Of a stretch of DNA of 64,000 bases, positions 50,210-64,000 are shown one piece after another. Source of the DNA: Octopus vulgaris. Lineage: Eukaryota. The stretch is from NCBI GenBank assembly GCA_951406725.2, contig OX597832.1:36642001-36706000 (forward strand), read 5' to 3'. A program made the translations under genes and the position numbers. Each line of letters begins with the position of its first letter. Within the stretch, counting starts at the first letter, position 1. The notes beneath the pieces were generated by a model. That model made no database searches, had not been told where the DNA came from, and saw nothing but the letters and a program-made list of their open reading frames with translations.

Positions 50210-52116
50210 TACATATATGTACATACTTACATGGACGTCACAACGTAAACAACATGAAATACGAAATACGAACTTTTTTTGCAAACAACAAAAGAAACAA
50301 ATGGAAAACAAGACAGGCAACATAAAAAAATTACCCTTCCTCAGTTGTTGGCTGTTTTTCTACTCCATATTTCAAGCAATTCATATATTTGTTCAACTAA
50401 AATCCTTCAAGTGTCGCCTCAGCATGGCCACAGTCCCATGACTGTCACTCGTATAAAATACCTTATTTGTCCCTAATTAGGATTGTGATGAGACAAATTA
50501 TGGACAGTCTTTGTTTTGTCAAAAACTATCTGTGAAGTGATCTTGACAGTGGTCAGAAAATACTGGAGATGTATGATAACCCTGCTCCCATGATAGACTT
50601 GGAGATTTGTGCATGTTTTCACGGGTGATAGTAGCAGTTAACAGCCAATTCAAACTCTTCACACACACACACAGTGTTGTCTTATCAGATGTTGTGATAT
50701 CATTAGCAAATACTTGGAGGTGATTTAGATTATATCTGAAGAAGCGCTACACATTGACTGGATTTAATCACAGTCACCTTTACTGTTATCATCATCATCA
50801 TCATCATCGTCATTAGTTGGTTTTGTTTAACCCTTGGTTGACCTTGGCCAGACAGGCTTATGATTAAATATATTTCTGCTAGTTTTTATATATCTTGGGC
50901 TACATCGTCCAATGTGTTATTCCCTTTATAAGACAGGAAGTTTGTGTGGTTTATGATGGTTTACGCTGCTATTTCTAGCAGGTTGAACATTTCATCTTTT
51001 CCTTCATATGTTATTGACTGGTTTTGTGGCATCCTTTTCCTCAACAAAAAAGTAGGATGAATGACTGATGGTACCAATGTCTCTGGGAATGCCATTCATG
51101 TCACAGCACACCATACCATCTTCTAATCAATATCATCATCGTCAGTGTGTCTGTGTGACTGTCAGATGTCAGTTAAGTATGTCTGAAAAGCAAAACAAAA
51201 GCACACAAACCAACATTTCTCTCCTCCTCCTCCTCTTCTTTGAAGGATGGAGATGAAATAATAACCTTTTTTCTCTACCTTGTATGTTCTCCATTTAACT
51301 TGAAAAGCTGTGGGTCAGCAATGAAAGGAGTTGAGGTCAAAAGTTTGGGAAAGGTCAGCATTTCAGGTCATTTCAATGTTTATACAACATAGGACTGTCT
51401 TCTTTTAAAAGACTGGTAAACCAATTCCAATGTGAAAGTATTGGTAGGGTTGTTTTGGCAGAGTTCCATCTGAATGAGGTGAATGATGAGAAGATAACAA
51501 TAAAAACAGCAGCAGCAACAACTAGTCATTGTCTGTTGAGCTGAGTGAGATGAATGATAACTATAACAACAACAACAGCAATAACAATAACAAGATGTTG
51601 TCTGAGAGGTTTCAAGTTTTTCAAATGAGATCTTGTGGAACATTTTTATTGCTTATCTCTTTTACTGTTGAGGATATTGTTTCACATACAAGCATATCAA
51701 ACTAATCTTCATTACTTACCTACATCCCTCTCTCTCTCTCTTCCTCTCTTTTCCTCCTTGCTCTCCCTTATCTCTCTCACTCTCTCCCTTCTATTTCCCC
51801 TTCACTTTCTCTTTTCTCTCTCCCTTTGCTCTCTCTCTCTCTCTGCTTTCCACCTCCATCATCATGGATGTTGACATTAAACAAGAATATTTCTTGAGTC
51901 CTGTCTCTGTTATACTCAGTAGATGAGACACAAAAATGTCACCCTGAATAAGCTGCTAGTCTATTGCAGATTAACTTTCCCATGAAATTCTTTACAGGAT
52001 GAGTGAGTGGTGGAAAAGCAAATAGTGTGTGTGTGAGTTCGTTTCTTGGTTTTTATTTAACAAATACTATAAGTAATAGAGTGGGTCTAAAGCACATTAA
52101 AGCCATGTATCACTGA

Positions 52117-52416
52117 CACTGGTTCTATCTATACTAACTACATGTGGCACTGGTTCTGTCTACACTGGTCACAAAACCATTTGGCACTTGTTCTGTCTAT
52201 GCTGGCCACAACACCATGTGATACTTGTTCTATGTATGCTGATCACATGTGGAACTGGTTCTATCTACATTGACCACATGTGGAACTGGTTCTGTCTACA
52301 CTGACCACACCACCATGTAGCACTGGTTCTGTCTACACTGGCCATAACACCATGTGGCATTGGTTCTGTCTACATTAACCTTACCATATGGCACTGGCTC
52401 TCTCTATACTGACCAC
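52117..52416. repeat. Minisatellite, 8 full units of 31/37/34 bp plus a partial unit
   Basis: Consensus cactggttctgtctacactgaccac(aacacc)atgtgg. Confidence 0.9.
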
Positions 52417-53443
52417 TTGACCAATTCTGCAATCTGATAAATCCAAGATGTTATGGTCCCCTACAGGAATAGGATCTGACCAATGGGTCAGCTATAAATG
52501 TTTCATTGGTTACTTGAGTATATTTTGAGGTCTGCTTATGCTGGACTGGTCAGTGCTGCAGGCCAGAGAGTGGCAAGGATAACTACCTAACAATAGCAAC
52601 AAGAGAAAGAACAATTTCATTATAATCACTCCTCTTGGATTTCTCTAATTTTACTCAGAAATAAATGTGTGTGTGTGAGGGAGAGTGGGCAAGGGTGGAG
52701 AGAGAAAGAGAGATAATGATGTTTGCTGATGTGTCACCTTAGGGTAGCTTTTATCTCATCTATTTCTGAGTGATGAACAGGAAAATGTGATAAACTTCCA
52801 CAATTATTAGTATCGTGTCTATGATGATGATGATGATAAGTTGTGCTGATAATGGTGGTGTTGGTGAGAAGATTGCTGCTGCTGCTGCTGCTGATGATGA
52901 TGATGATGGATGGTAATGGTGGTGGCGGTGGTGATTTACTTTTCTTTCTGTTCTCTCTTTGTCACTTCCAATTAAATGAAAATATATATATACTTCCTGA
53001 CAGTGGTGGTGGTGGTGGTGGTGGTGTTGAAGGCAGTGTTGGTGGTAGTTGATGCGATGTGGTGGTGGTGGTGGTAGAGGTTAATAAAGGACAAATGTGT
53101 TGTTTAGCAATCACTATTATGACATAGCTACACATGTGTATACTACATGCTCGTATATATATGTCTATACTCACGTGCGTGTGCATCTACATACATGTAT
53201 AATAATGTGCAGCATATATAATACATGTTCACACTAATACATGTGTAACTTTTATATTACATACATATGCATACAGTTTAGCACACACACATATATTCAC
53301 ACGTATAAATACACACACACACACACACACACACAGTTCCTACCTTAAAACAAGGCTGTTTAAATGGTGATAATCTGTCTTTAATCTATTTTATAGAGGT
53401 GAGGGTGTGATGCTTTTGTTTGTTTAATGTAAATATTTCATAT

Positions 53444-53478
<35 letters not shown>

Positions 53479-53896
53479 ACAGCAATGTGTAGTCTGATTA
53501 CATGTTTATACTCTCTCTCTCTCTCACACATACACATACATGTGTGTGCTTGTGTGTGTATACATGTTAACATTAAGGGATGAATAACAACAACTAGCAT
53601 TTTCTGAGGAAAGGACTCAATACTAAGATGTAGCCAGATTTAAAGATATTTGTGTGTGTGTGTATGTATGTGTGTGTGTGCATCTTTCTCTCTCTTTCTC
53701 TCTCTCTTTCTCTCTCTCGCTCTTTCTGTCTTGTGTGTATATATACACTGTGTGACACTAAAACATTCAATTATTGTAATTTCCTTCAAACAACAATGTA
53801 GTTCTTAATGTGGTCATGTTTATGGTCATGTGTGTGTGTCTGTTTGTTTACAGCCATGTCTAGATGTATGTTTCTAAATGTGCACATTATAAATGG

Positions 53897-53942
<46 letters not shown>

Positions 53943-54757
53943 TTGTATGTATGCGTGCGTGTGTGTGTGTGTGTGTGTGTGGGTTTGTATTTTCTACATA
54001 AACATATTTCCTTGATTTATAGCTGCTGCTGATGTTAAAATTGTTGATGTAGTTGTTGTTGATGTAGTTGTTGTTGATGTAGTTGTTGTTGATGTTGTAG
54101 TTGTTAAAACTGTTGACTGTTGTTGATGTCATACTTGGTGCTGTTATAATTGTTGTTGTCGTTGAGGCAGTGTTACTGCTGTTGACATAAGTATTGTTAT
54201 GATTGTTGATTGTTGTTGTTGTTGTTATATCTTGTGTTGTTACTATTGTTGATGTTAAGTTGTTGTTGTTGTTGTTGGTGATATCACAGTTGTTTTTCTC
54301 TTTAACTCCAAAGAAACCATATTTTCAAAAGAAATTCTTTCATTCCACTCTCTTTCTCTCTCTCCTTCCTGTTAAATTATTTATCCTTTCTTCGGCATTT
54401 TTATTTCTTCTTAATCTAATACAGAAATTTATTTCCACTTAAGTGTTTCTCCTTATCTTTGCCTCATTCTTTCTTATTTTTTAAAATTTGTTTCCAGACA
54501 TTCTTTTTTTTTTTGTTTTACCTTTTTTTTCTTTTTCTATAAATCTGAATTCAGCAATAACATTTCACTGTTATATATATTGCATTTAAAATGGAATGGT
54601 GCTGGGTGGGGGACAGAGTGTTATCATGGATAACCTTCAGGGGAGGATCAGTTTGGAATGGTGTAGAGACAGAGAACACTTGTGCACACAAAAACACACA
54701 CTATCTTTTACACTGGTTGCAGGTTAACTTATGCACGCACACACACACACACACAAG

Positions 54758-54789
<32 letters not shown>

Positions 54790-55369
54790 TTCAAATATGC
54801 AATATATATATAAAATGCATATTTGTAAAAGCAAACTTAATTATAAGTTGAAAAAACTTATGGGAAAGAACAAAAAAGAAATGTACATCTGTGTACACAC
54901 ACACACGTACACACACGCACACACACAGATTTAAATAAGCACATACAAATATGTGCACATACACAGTATAAGTGGGATACTAAAGAGATGGATTGAGTAG
55001 AACAAAGAAACAATTCTCCCCTCCCACTCCTGCAACATTAAATTTTCCAAAGCCCCACAAAATCTTCTACTTTGTGCCAATAGCATTAAGGTGTCTGTTG
55101 ACATGGAAACATTAAGGGTTTTTTCTTCTATTCATATCGACCCTTTCATGCTTTAATTAATATTTTCAATCACTTCAACTAAGGGATTTCCTTTGTAGGT
55201 TCCAAGGAGCCAATCCCAAGATCATAGAAACGGTATAAAAAGTGAAATGGATGGCAGCAAGAAGTGGTGCAGTGAAATGATTTCACTTCAATAAAAAGAG
55301 ATCAGTGATAACAATAGACATAGTCATAGATAACAATATAGAAAGAAAACACAAAAACATAACACACTC

Positions 55370-55860
<491 letters not shown>

Positions 55861-55974
55861 ACAAGGAAGAACCCCTAAAGTGGTGGGATGCAGACAACAA
55901 AGGACCACCCTAACATACCAGACGAGTTTCTTTTCCATTTCTTTACAGTTTTATCATTATAAATATTGATTTTT

Positions 55975-56760
55975 GCAAGCTGGCAGAATTGTGAGCACGA
56001 GGTAAAAAAATGTTAGCAGAATTTCTTTCATCTTCATGTTCTGGGTTCAAATTCCGCTGAGGTCTTTCATTCTTTTGGAATCAATAAAATACGTACCAGT
56101 AGAACAGTGAGGTCAATGAAATTGACTTAGCCCCTTGCCCAATACTTTAGGCCTTGTGCCTACAGTAGAAATGACTATTTTATTCTTTTCTAACATTATT
56201 TTTAATCATTATCATTATTTTATTACTATTCATCATCATCATCTGTCCACATTTCCATATTTGCATGGTTCAAATAGATTTTGATGAGGCAGATTTTCTA
56301 CAGCTGGATGCCCTTCCTGTCACCGACCTTCACCTTGTTTCCAAGTAAGGTGATATTTCCCCGTAGCTAGACTTGCTTCTTGGGGAATGGGAAACAAACA
56401 GTACTACTTGTCATGTGATGCTTGTATACAACTACCACATGCTGTCACACCCAGGTTTATTTCAGTTTTTGTCTACCAAATCTACTCACAAAACTTAGGT
56501 TAACCCAGGGTTATATGATAAAGGCACTTGCCTGAGGTGCCATGCAGTGGGACTGAACATAAAAATCATGTGATTGGGAAGCAAATTTTGTAACCACGTA
56601 GAGAAGCCTCTACTTTTATTGTTGTTGCGTAAGTTGGACAAAATGCTTGGCAGCCTTTCTTAGACTCTTTACATTCTGCATTCAAATTCTGCCAAGGTCA
56701 ACTCTGCCTTTCATCCTTTTGGGGTCAATTAGCCCCAACAAAAGCCTATTGTAGAAAGGA
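55975..56760. mobile_element. Cluster: SINE B (+), RTE tail (-), SINE A head (-), SINE B (+)
   Basis: Family motifs at 55975-56170, 56230-56360, 56455-56600 and 56630-56760. Confidence 0.7.
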
Positions 56761-56789
56761 TTATTACTGTTGTTGGTATTATTATTTTA

Positions 56790-57080
56790 TTTAACCCATG
56801 TTTTATTAGAACTCTTGGAGTCCTGCCTGCATAGCAGGCTTGCTACTTGCAGCCCATGGTGCCATGCTATCAGTTCTTTTTAGCTATCTGATACTTTCCT
56901 GATTATTCTGGCCATACCAAAGAGACAACATTTTTGTAACAGTTCTACTGGACACTCTATTCCAACATCTTTTATATTCCTCTTGATGCTTTCTGATACA
57001 GTCCCAAGAACCCAACTATTATTGGCATTATCTTCACCTTCTTCATTCTCTATAGCCTGGCTATATTGTACTTAGGAAGA
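56790..57080 (-). mobile_element. RLE-type (R4/Dong-like) non-LTR retrotransposon 3' end
   Basis: Minus frames IARL*RMKKVKIMPIIVG/LGTVSESIKRNIKDVGIECPVELLQKCCLFGMARIIRKV match the restriction-like endonuclease C-terminus; TAA-rich tail. Confidence 0.8.
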
Positions 57081-57125
57081 CCATATATGCCTGGGTTTGT
57101 TTTTTTTTGCCTTCCTTCTTCACTG

Positions 57126-57170
<45 letters not shown>

Positions 57171-57171
<1 letters not shown>

Positions 57172-57372
57172 GGCAGCAGCTGGGAGAATCATTAGCACAC
57201 CAGTCAAAATGTGTTGTGATATTTGTCCCTCTTTACATCATGAGTTCCATGGAGGTTGGCTTTACTTCTTCTCCTTTTGAGGTCAATGAAATAAGTACCA
57301 TTTGAGCACTGGGGTCAATATAATCAACTAGATCCCTCCCATAAAATTTCAGTTCCTAGAGTAGAAAGGATT
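57171..57372 (+). mobile_element. SINE family B within (ATT)n
   Basis: About 14 (TTA) units upstream, gattattatt downstream. Confidence 0.8.
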
Positions 57373-57744
57373 ATTATTGTTTTATATATGTTAGTTTGTT
57401 GTTTTTCTCATCATCCACTCCTTTCTATTTGTAATTATTTTGTGTTTTGTAGAAGTATAATCATTTTATGGCACATAAACTTTCACAACAAAGTCTTATA
57501 TGGACCACAGTTGAGAATCACTAATTTATATTTTAATCATTAATTGAATGTATTAATTACTTGGATCTGGTTTCCTCATTATTTCTGTCTCCAGACAGTC
57601 TACCGTTATGACTGTTCTACCAAATTTTCCATTTCTCTTTCTCTCTCACAACCATAAACACACCCTCACATCTATGTCTCTGTCTATCATTGCTTTTTTC
57701 TTTCTTGCTTGCTTCATTTTTTTCTTATTTATTAGATTCTTTCA

Positions 57745-57950
57745 TAGATGAAGGGAGCTGTTATACAGCTTGTTGGTTGAAAGGGAACATGACAAATTGC
57801 GAGGGCAAGTTCATCAGCATAGTCTCGAGATCAGAGGGAAGCAGGTTCTTACATCTTGATCTCTGCTGCTTGATGGTGAGGTGTTTTGTCTTGGATGAGG
57901 TCAAGTCCTTTGCCTCAAGGTGTACTTCACTCCTACTGAGCTACTTTCAG
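57745..57950 (-). mobile_element. LINE reverse-transcriptase fragment (RTE/RTEX-like)
   Basis: LTIKQQRSRCKNLLPSDL/DYADELAL resembles the TIKxRRSRR..DLDYADDIAL RT motif, with a frameshift. Confidence 0.6.
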
Positions 57951-59987
57951 ACACACCACCTCTACCACCACACAACAAACTAGATCCACTATAGGTGTGT
58001 TACAAAACTAGTACCACATTGCAAACCTGTGCTTGTACACTATAAACTATTACCTATAACTGCCACCACACTACAATCTGTACTCCCACCACCACTATAT
58101 TACGTTTCTCTGTCAAATTTACCTGTCACATGTCATATTAACCATTTCATCAAATACTTCACAATCTCTCTCTCTCCCTCTCTCCTCAGGTGTTCTTTCT
58201 CTCCCTTTCAATTTCAGTCATTTTAAAATCACTTTATCACCCCACCCCCACCCCTCTTCATCTCTTCCCTTTCGCCTTTGACCCATTTTCAAAGAATGCT
58301 GCCAGGAATTGAACAGGCATCTCACTTCCTCTAATTAGAAGGAAGGAGGAGAATTGGATGATGGGCTGGGGCTGTGATGTGGAGAGGAGGATAGAGGGCT
58401 GGAGGAGAGGAGAGAGAATCAACAAAACAAACAGACTTGGAATCTAAAAGAACTTAATTTTTAGTAATGCCATTGTTGTTACTATTGTGGTTCCTCTTAC
58501 CACTATTTTCCTGTTGTTGCTCTGATTATTCTTGTCATCATTATTGTTGTTGTTCTTCCTGTTGTTACTATTGTCATTGTTGTTCCTGTTATTTCTGTTG
58601 TTCTTGTGGTTAATTCTGGTAGGATTATCACCTTCTCCTCTCTCTCACCCCTACCTACCATATCCCTGCCACGACCCCCACCTTTTACCAAATATAACTT
58701 CACAAAGAAAAAAAGAATGCATACACATACATGCACTTACACATGCATGCATATATATTTAGATTCTCCTAGATATGTATATATACATACACATGTAAAT
58801 ATTTATATACACACACATATACATACATACACATATATACTTATGCACATGCACACATTTATATACATGTATTTTTGTATGTGTGTAAGTATATAAATAT
58901 GCGTTGTTTGCCTATATGTACATGTGTGTTTGTGTGTGTGTGTGTGTGCACAACCCATATTTATATACTTACATACACACTAAAGTTTCTAATTATATAT
59001 TTTAATTATATTTTTTTCATTTACTTTTTGTTTATTTTATTGTTATTTTTAATTCTGTTGATTGTTTCTTCAATCAGTCATTGATCTGTAAACAGTATTT
59101 AAGGAAGTGCAATGTTACTGTTTTTATATGGTTGTTGTTGTTGCTGCTGCTCTTACGGTTGTGTTGCTGCTGCTGTTGCCGCTGATGTTGTAGTAGTTGT
59201 TGTTTTTGTTGTTACTGCTATTTGCAGCAGTGTTGTTGTTGCCGAAGCTGTTTCTGTTGCAGTTGTTGTTTTTGATGTTATTGATTTAGCCCAAGGTCAG
59301 CCCGAACTCAACGCGTCTATGACTAGTCTTTCCACCCATGGCTATCTCTTATCCAGGACGACATTTTCCAATGTGTCTTTCCTTTTTTTTTTTTTTTTGT
59401 AGTGTCATTTAAAGAAGACTTGGCTGTTACTTCTAGCAAGTCAAATGATCTCACAAGCGTTTTCCCTCTTCATCACCTTGCAACTGTACAGTTGTTGTTG
59501 TTCTTGAAAATATCCTTTGTACTCTAACTTTTGATTATCCTCCTCCATTGCTATACAGTAGCAGAAATCAGCTCCTCCCTCTCTCTTTCCTTTCTCTCTC
59601 TCCACACACGCATACGCAATCACTCCAATGTCCAGGTGTATGCGAAGGTACATTTACCATTATCACACACCCACAACCTCTATTGTCAGCTCCACTGCAC
59701 ACCACAACACACCACACCTTACCATCCTCGCCATCACTGCCCTACTACCACCACCACCATCACCTCCATCACTACTGCTGCACCACACTTTTCCACTACC
59801 GCCATCACTGTCACCACCACCACCGCCGCTGCCATCACTATCACCACCACCACACCTACCATCATCATAACTACTATACCACCACGCCACTACCACTACC
59901 ATCACGTTATCCATGTGTATGTGAAGACAAAGCCATGCATTTGGTAGTTCCACATGGTTGCCCCTGCTACTGCAGTAATGTGCATTG

Positions 59988-60025
<38 letters not shown>

Positions 60026-61854
60026 GTCTCCCTTTGCTTTCCTTCCTTCCCCCCCCTCTCTCTCTCTCCTCTCTCTCTTTATATTACACTTTCAGAATTA
60101 CACCGTCACTGCACTCTTACAACTAACACTAACTAACTAACTAAATACTACTACTATTACTACTACTACTACTGTCATTACTACTACTGCTGCTGCTGCT
60201 AGTCTGTGTGCATGGGTACAACATTTGGACGGTGCCGGGTACATCCTATTCTCTGGGTATGGTCACTTTTATACTCTCTTTTTCTCTCTCTCTCTCCCTC
60301 CCCCTCTCTTCTATTCTTTTATTCCTTTGCAATTCTGTCTCTCTCTATTTATGTTTCTATCAATCTATCTCTATGTAAACAAAAATATATATAAACGCAC
60401 ACACACAAACAACACAAATTGTTCTCCCTCACTCGATCTTTCTTTGATGTCCATCCATCTATCTTTCTCTCTCTCTCTCCTTCCCACTTTTATTTACATC
60501 TTGTCCTACTGTTGATTACTCAGTCATTAATTAATCCATTCTCTCATCCCCTCTGCTATTACCTCTCTCTCTCACACATGCACACACCTGTCACAAATAA
60601 CACACTTCATTCCACCTCAATGCATTTCTACACCAGTGATTTCATCCCTCACCTCACACATGTTAAACATTTCGGCTTCTCTGTAGCAATACAACGCCGG
60701 AACTAAGCAATGGAATATGATGTTGTGTGGCATTAGTGTCCTGTTGTCTGTTGCACAGTGGTCATGTGACCTGTTGTGTTGTCTGGTCTATTCTTTGTGG
60801 TTTTGTTGTTGTCTACCATGTGTGTGTGTGTGTGTGTTTTGCTTGTAGTCTGTTCTGTTGACTTCAGTGTGTTCTGTTGTGAGATGGTCATGTGACCGGT
60901 TACATTGTGAGGTATCAGTGAGGCCTGTTGTGTTACAGTGTGGTGTTAGGAGTTGGGTGGGGTGGGATGGATTGGGGTTCATCATGTATTGTATTTGTTA
61001 TCACAGTTTAAATATTTGTTGTCATGGAGTTTTCACTGCTCTGCATTTTTATTAATGATGTTACTGTCACCCAAACTGTAAAATCTTGTTTTAATACCAA
61101 TTACTATTGACACTATAGCATCATCCTCTCTGCTGCCACCACCAATTACAATCACACCTGTCAGCTAAAATCCTCCTGGTGTCCCCCCAATCACTTAAAT
61201 GATAATAAACTGATGTTCTCCCAACAGAAACAAAATCTACATGGCTTTCTGTGTGTTGTCCCTTAAACTGTGTGGACATGTGTCTCAATTTATGTTCCTT
61301 GAAGCTCCAAAGTTTTTAGTGTCCACTAAAGTAGTATTATCCTTCATTCAACATTGTGTGTGTGTGTGTGTGTTCACTCTGTCGGCTTTTGCTGTTCCAT
61401 ATCTGCACTCTGTCTGGTCAATAGGTGGTCAGTTACTGTAGTTTTAAAGAATGCTCCTGTCCCTTGCAACAAGTTACAATTAAGATGGAGACCCGATTTT
61501 ATACTCCCTTTAATGTTGGCAACCTTTTGGGGTGTGTGTGAGAGAGAGAGAGGGCAGGAGGGAGAGAGATGAGGTTTCTATTGAAACATAAAAGATGGGT
61601 AAGATACTTCATAACTTATTTGAATTCAAGTTTTGTGTAAAAAAAAGTGAGTGCTGTATGCAGGCACTTGTGTGAAACACTTCATTGTACAAAGTGTTCA
61701 AATATTTCCTATAACACAATGACATGCTACATAAGTGTGTGTGTGTGTATTTGCATGTGTGTGTATTTGCATGTGTGTGTATGATCTACTTCCACAGGTA
61801 ACATTGACACCTAAACTACAACATCTACCACTTAATAAAGTGATGTGATAAGTA

Positions 61855-62460
61855 CAGTGGTGTGGTTAAGAAGTTTGCTTTGCAACTTAATGGATCCAAG
61901 TTCAATCTTGCAGCATAGTACTTCGGAAAAGTGTCTTCTAGTTATTGTTGACCAATAATCTTATCAGTTGAATTTAGTTGATGGAAACTATAGAAATCCA
62001 TCATTGAGTATTTATGTGTATATGTGTGTATGTATTACGTATGCATGTGTGTATGCCTTGGTGTTGAATTGCGTCTCCTTGTGCCAAATGGTAACTTGAC
62101 ATTTCAGTAAATAGAGGTCAATAAAATAAATATCCAGCTAAAATAAACCCTGGTGTCCATACGCTTGACTAAACCCCTTAATCCTTTAGCATTCACATTA
62201 TTTTGTCAAAAATAATGCTTATTTATTCACATTGTTTTGAATTATTTTGCATGCATTATTTTGTAACTATGAGAGTTTGATGAGGTAACTCTTAATTTTT
62301 AGAATGATAATGTAGGGTTGGTGTGAGATGCTGGAGCTGACCAGTTTAAATATAAAACAGGTAGAATATTTTGACTGCATATGGCCAATTTCAATGCTAA
62401 TGGGTTAAAGTTGGTGCCCCAGTATGGTTGCAGTCCAATGACTGAAACCAGTAACACTGG
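61855..62460 (+). mobile_element. SINE family A interrupted by a piggyBac MITE
   Basis: The SINE tail resumes (ggtgccccagtatgg..gactgaaac) after the MITE. Confidence 0.7.
62178..62408. mobile_element. piggyBac-type MITE with TTAA TSD
   Basis: TTAA-tcctttagcatt ... aatgctaatggg-TTAA. Confidence 0.8.
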
Positions 62461-62607
62461 AAAATAATAGTTGTGTTTAGTGATGTCTATTTATATCTTC
62501 CCTCAACCTGGGATACCCACCTCTGTTAACACCCCTCCTCCCCACTACCTGCTATACCTATTAATCCTATTTCTACCTGATACAGTCAACAATGCAGAAG
62601 CTCTTAC

Positions 62608-62793
62608 CCGGTTGCTGTTGTTGCTACAGAGTGGATGAGTGACGTCACCTGAGCATGGCCACTTTGCACTGGGGGAATACCACTTTCTTCCTCTGGTTCT
62701 GCTTCGATATTTTAGTGAAACAGAGATCACTATTGTGGTCGATGATCACAACGGTAGCAACGACTACTAATATTAACAGCTCTCATACAACAG
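62608..62793 (-). other. Candidate non-coding (UTR/lncRNA) exon
   Basis: tcatttcttgtag| ... CGG|gtaaga; stops in all three frames; CpG-containing unique sequence. Confidence 0.3.
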
Positions 62794-62867
62794 CTACAAG
62801 AAATGATATATATATATATATATATTATTATTATATGTATATATATATATATATATATATTCTTTTT

Positions 62868-63258
62868 TTATTTTACTCGTTTCAGTCATTTGACTGTGAC
62901 CACGCTGGAGCACCACCATATTGGTTTTTTTTTTTGTTTTAGTTGAAGAAATCGACTCTAGGATTTATTCTTTGTAAGCCTAGTACTTATTCTCTCGGTT
63001 TCTTTTGCTGAACCGCTAGGTTACAAGGGTGTAAATACACCAGCATCAGTTGTCAAGCGATGGTGGGGTCAAACACAAAGACACACACATAAATATATAT
63101 ATGATGAGCTTGTTTTAGTTTCCATCTACCAAATCCACTCAGAAGGCTATGGTCAGCCCAAGGCTATAGTGGAAGACACTTGCCCAAGGTGCCACACAGT
63201 GGGATTGAATCTGGAACCGTGTTCTTGAGAAGCAAGCTTCTTACTACACAGCTATGCC
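62868..63258 (-). mobile_element. SINE family A
   Basis: Full reverse-complement copy. Confidence 0.85.
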
Positions 63259-63292
63259 ATATATAATTTCAGATTGTGGCCAGAACTTATTT

Positions 63293-63373
<81 letters not shown>

Positions 63374-64000
63374 TTCTCTCTCTCTCTTTCCCTATCTCTC
63401 TCTCTCTCTCTCTCTCTCTCTACCTACCTAAATGTGATGGTGGTAATAGAGACAGCAGTGCAAGAACCAGTTCTGCTGGTGAGTCTTACTTCTAGAGTGG
63501 TGGTGTCCTTTCCCAGTGGAAGATTCATCACAATTCCATTTGGTTGCTCCCAAGTCAAGTGCTCACCTGCAGGCAAAGGACCTCTTCACCCCACGACCAC
63601 TTCTTTCCTTTTTGGCTTGTGCCGAGTTCTTAATAACATAAGAATGATTAACAACACTAACAGCAGCAACCACAAGGTATCATCAACAACAACACCAACA
63701 CCAACAAAAACAACTAGCATCATCATCATCATCATCATCACTACCATCATTTAAAACCACAACAGATGATTCTTCATGTATTTACCGATGCTTACATTTT
63801 ATATTCTATGAAAGCAAAAATTTCTAACTTTGCTTGAAAACATCTTTGAAGGTCATAATCCTGACACTCACTCATTGCACTCTGTGATGAATATATCCAT
63901 TCACACACACACATACACACACACACATGTATTATCTTAAAAATAATCAAATGCGACATGTATGTATGTTTCTCTCCTAGAGAAGGTGTTTGTCAAGTTA

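Noticed and set aside
50230-50365. CTGAGGA-containing repeat as a possible hammerhead
   Set aside because: No downstream stem II-GAAA on the same strand.
52117-52416. CRISPR-like periodic array
   Set aside because: Units are contiguous with no unique spacers, there are no cas genes, and the context is eukaryotic.
57690-57983. Plus-strand 97-aa ORF or exon
   Set aside because: Better explained as the antisense of a decayed LINE RT fragment.
59531-60136. His/Thr/Pro-rich ORFs up to 192 aa
   Set aside because: Derived from (CAC/CAT)n trinucleotide low-complexity tracts; open in several frames.
63254-63754. 166-aa plus-strand ORF
   Set aside because: It starts in a SINE end, runs through (CT)n and ends in (CAT)n; not a credible CDS.

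Overview
This window is AT-rich, microsatellite-dense animal genomic DNA. Its repeat families (tRNA-derived SINEs with internal microsatellites, RTE tails ending in (GAT)n, mariner remnants) most resemble an octopod cephalopod (Octopus-like); this is an inference from recalled repeat families, not a database result. There is no recognisable conserved host gene, rRNA or CRISPR array, and nearly all ORF-track entries are artefacts of simple repeats. Securely identifiable features are two decayed mariner transposases, LINE remnants of several clades (RTE, L1/Tx1, R4/Dong-like, CR1-like, and an RT fragment), three SINE families, and piggyBac-, hAT- and mariner-type MITEs. The most notable signals are: (i) a near-complete minimal type-I hammerhead ribozyme of the Penelope-element type at 8232-8299 (-), with decayed relatives; (ii) phase-compatible candidate exons for small orphan proteins arranged divergently around a perfect RFX X-box at ~14.3 kb, giving a ~94-aa basic protein on (-) and a ~100-aa protein with an RVxF PP1-docking motif on (+); (iii) adjacent inverted SINEs that could form ADAR substrates. 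All gene models were read by eye and are tentative. I found no convincing multi-gene novel system.
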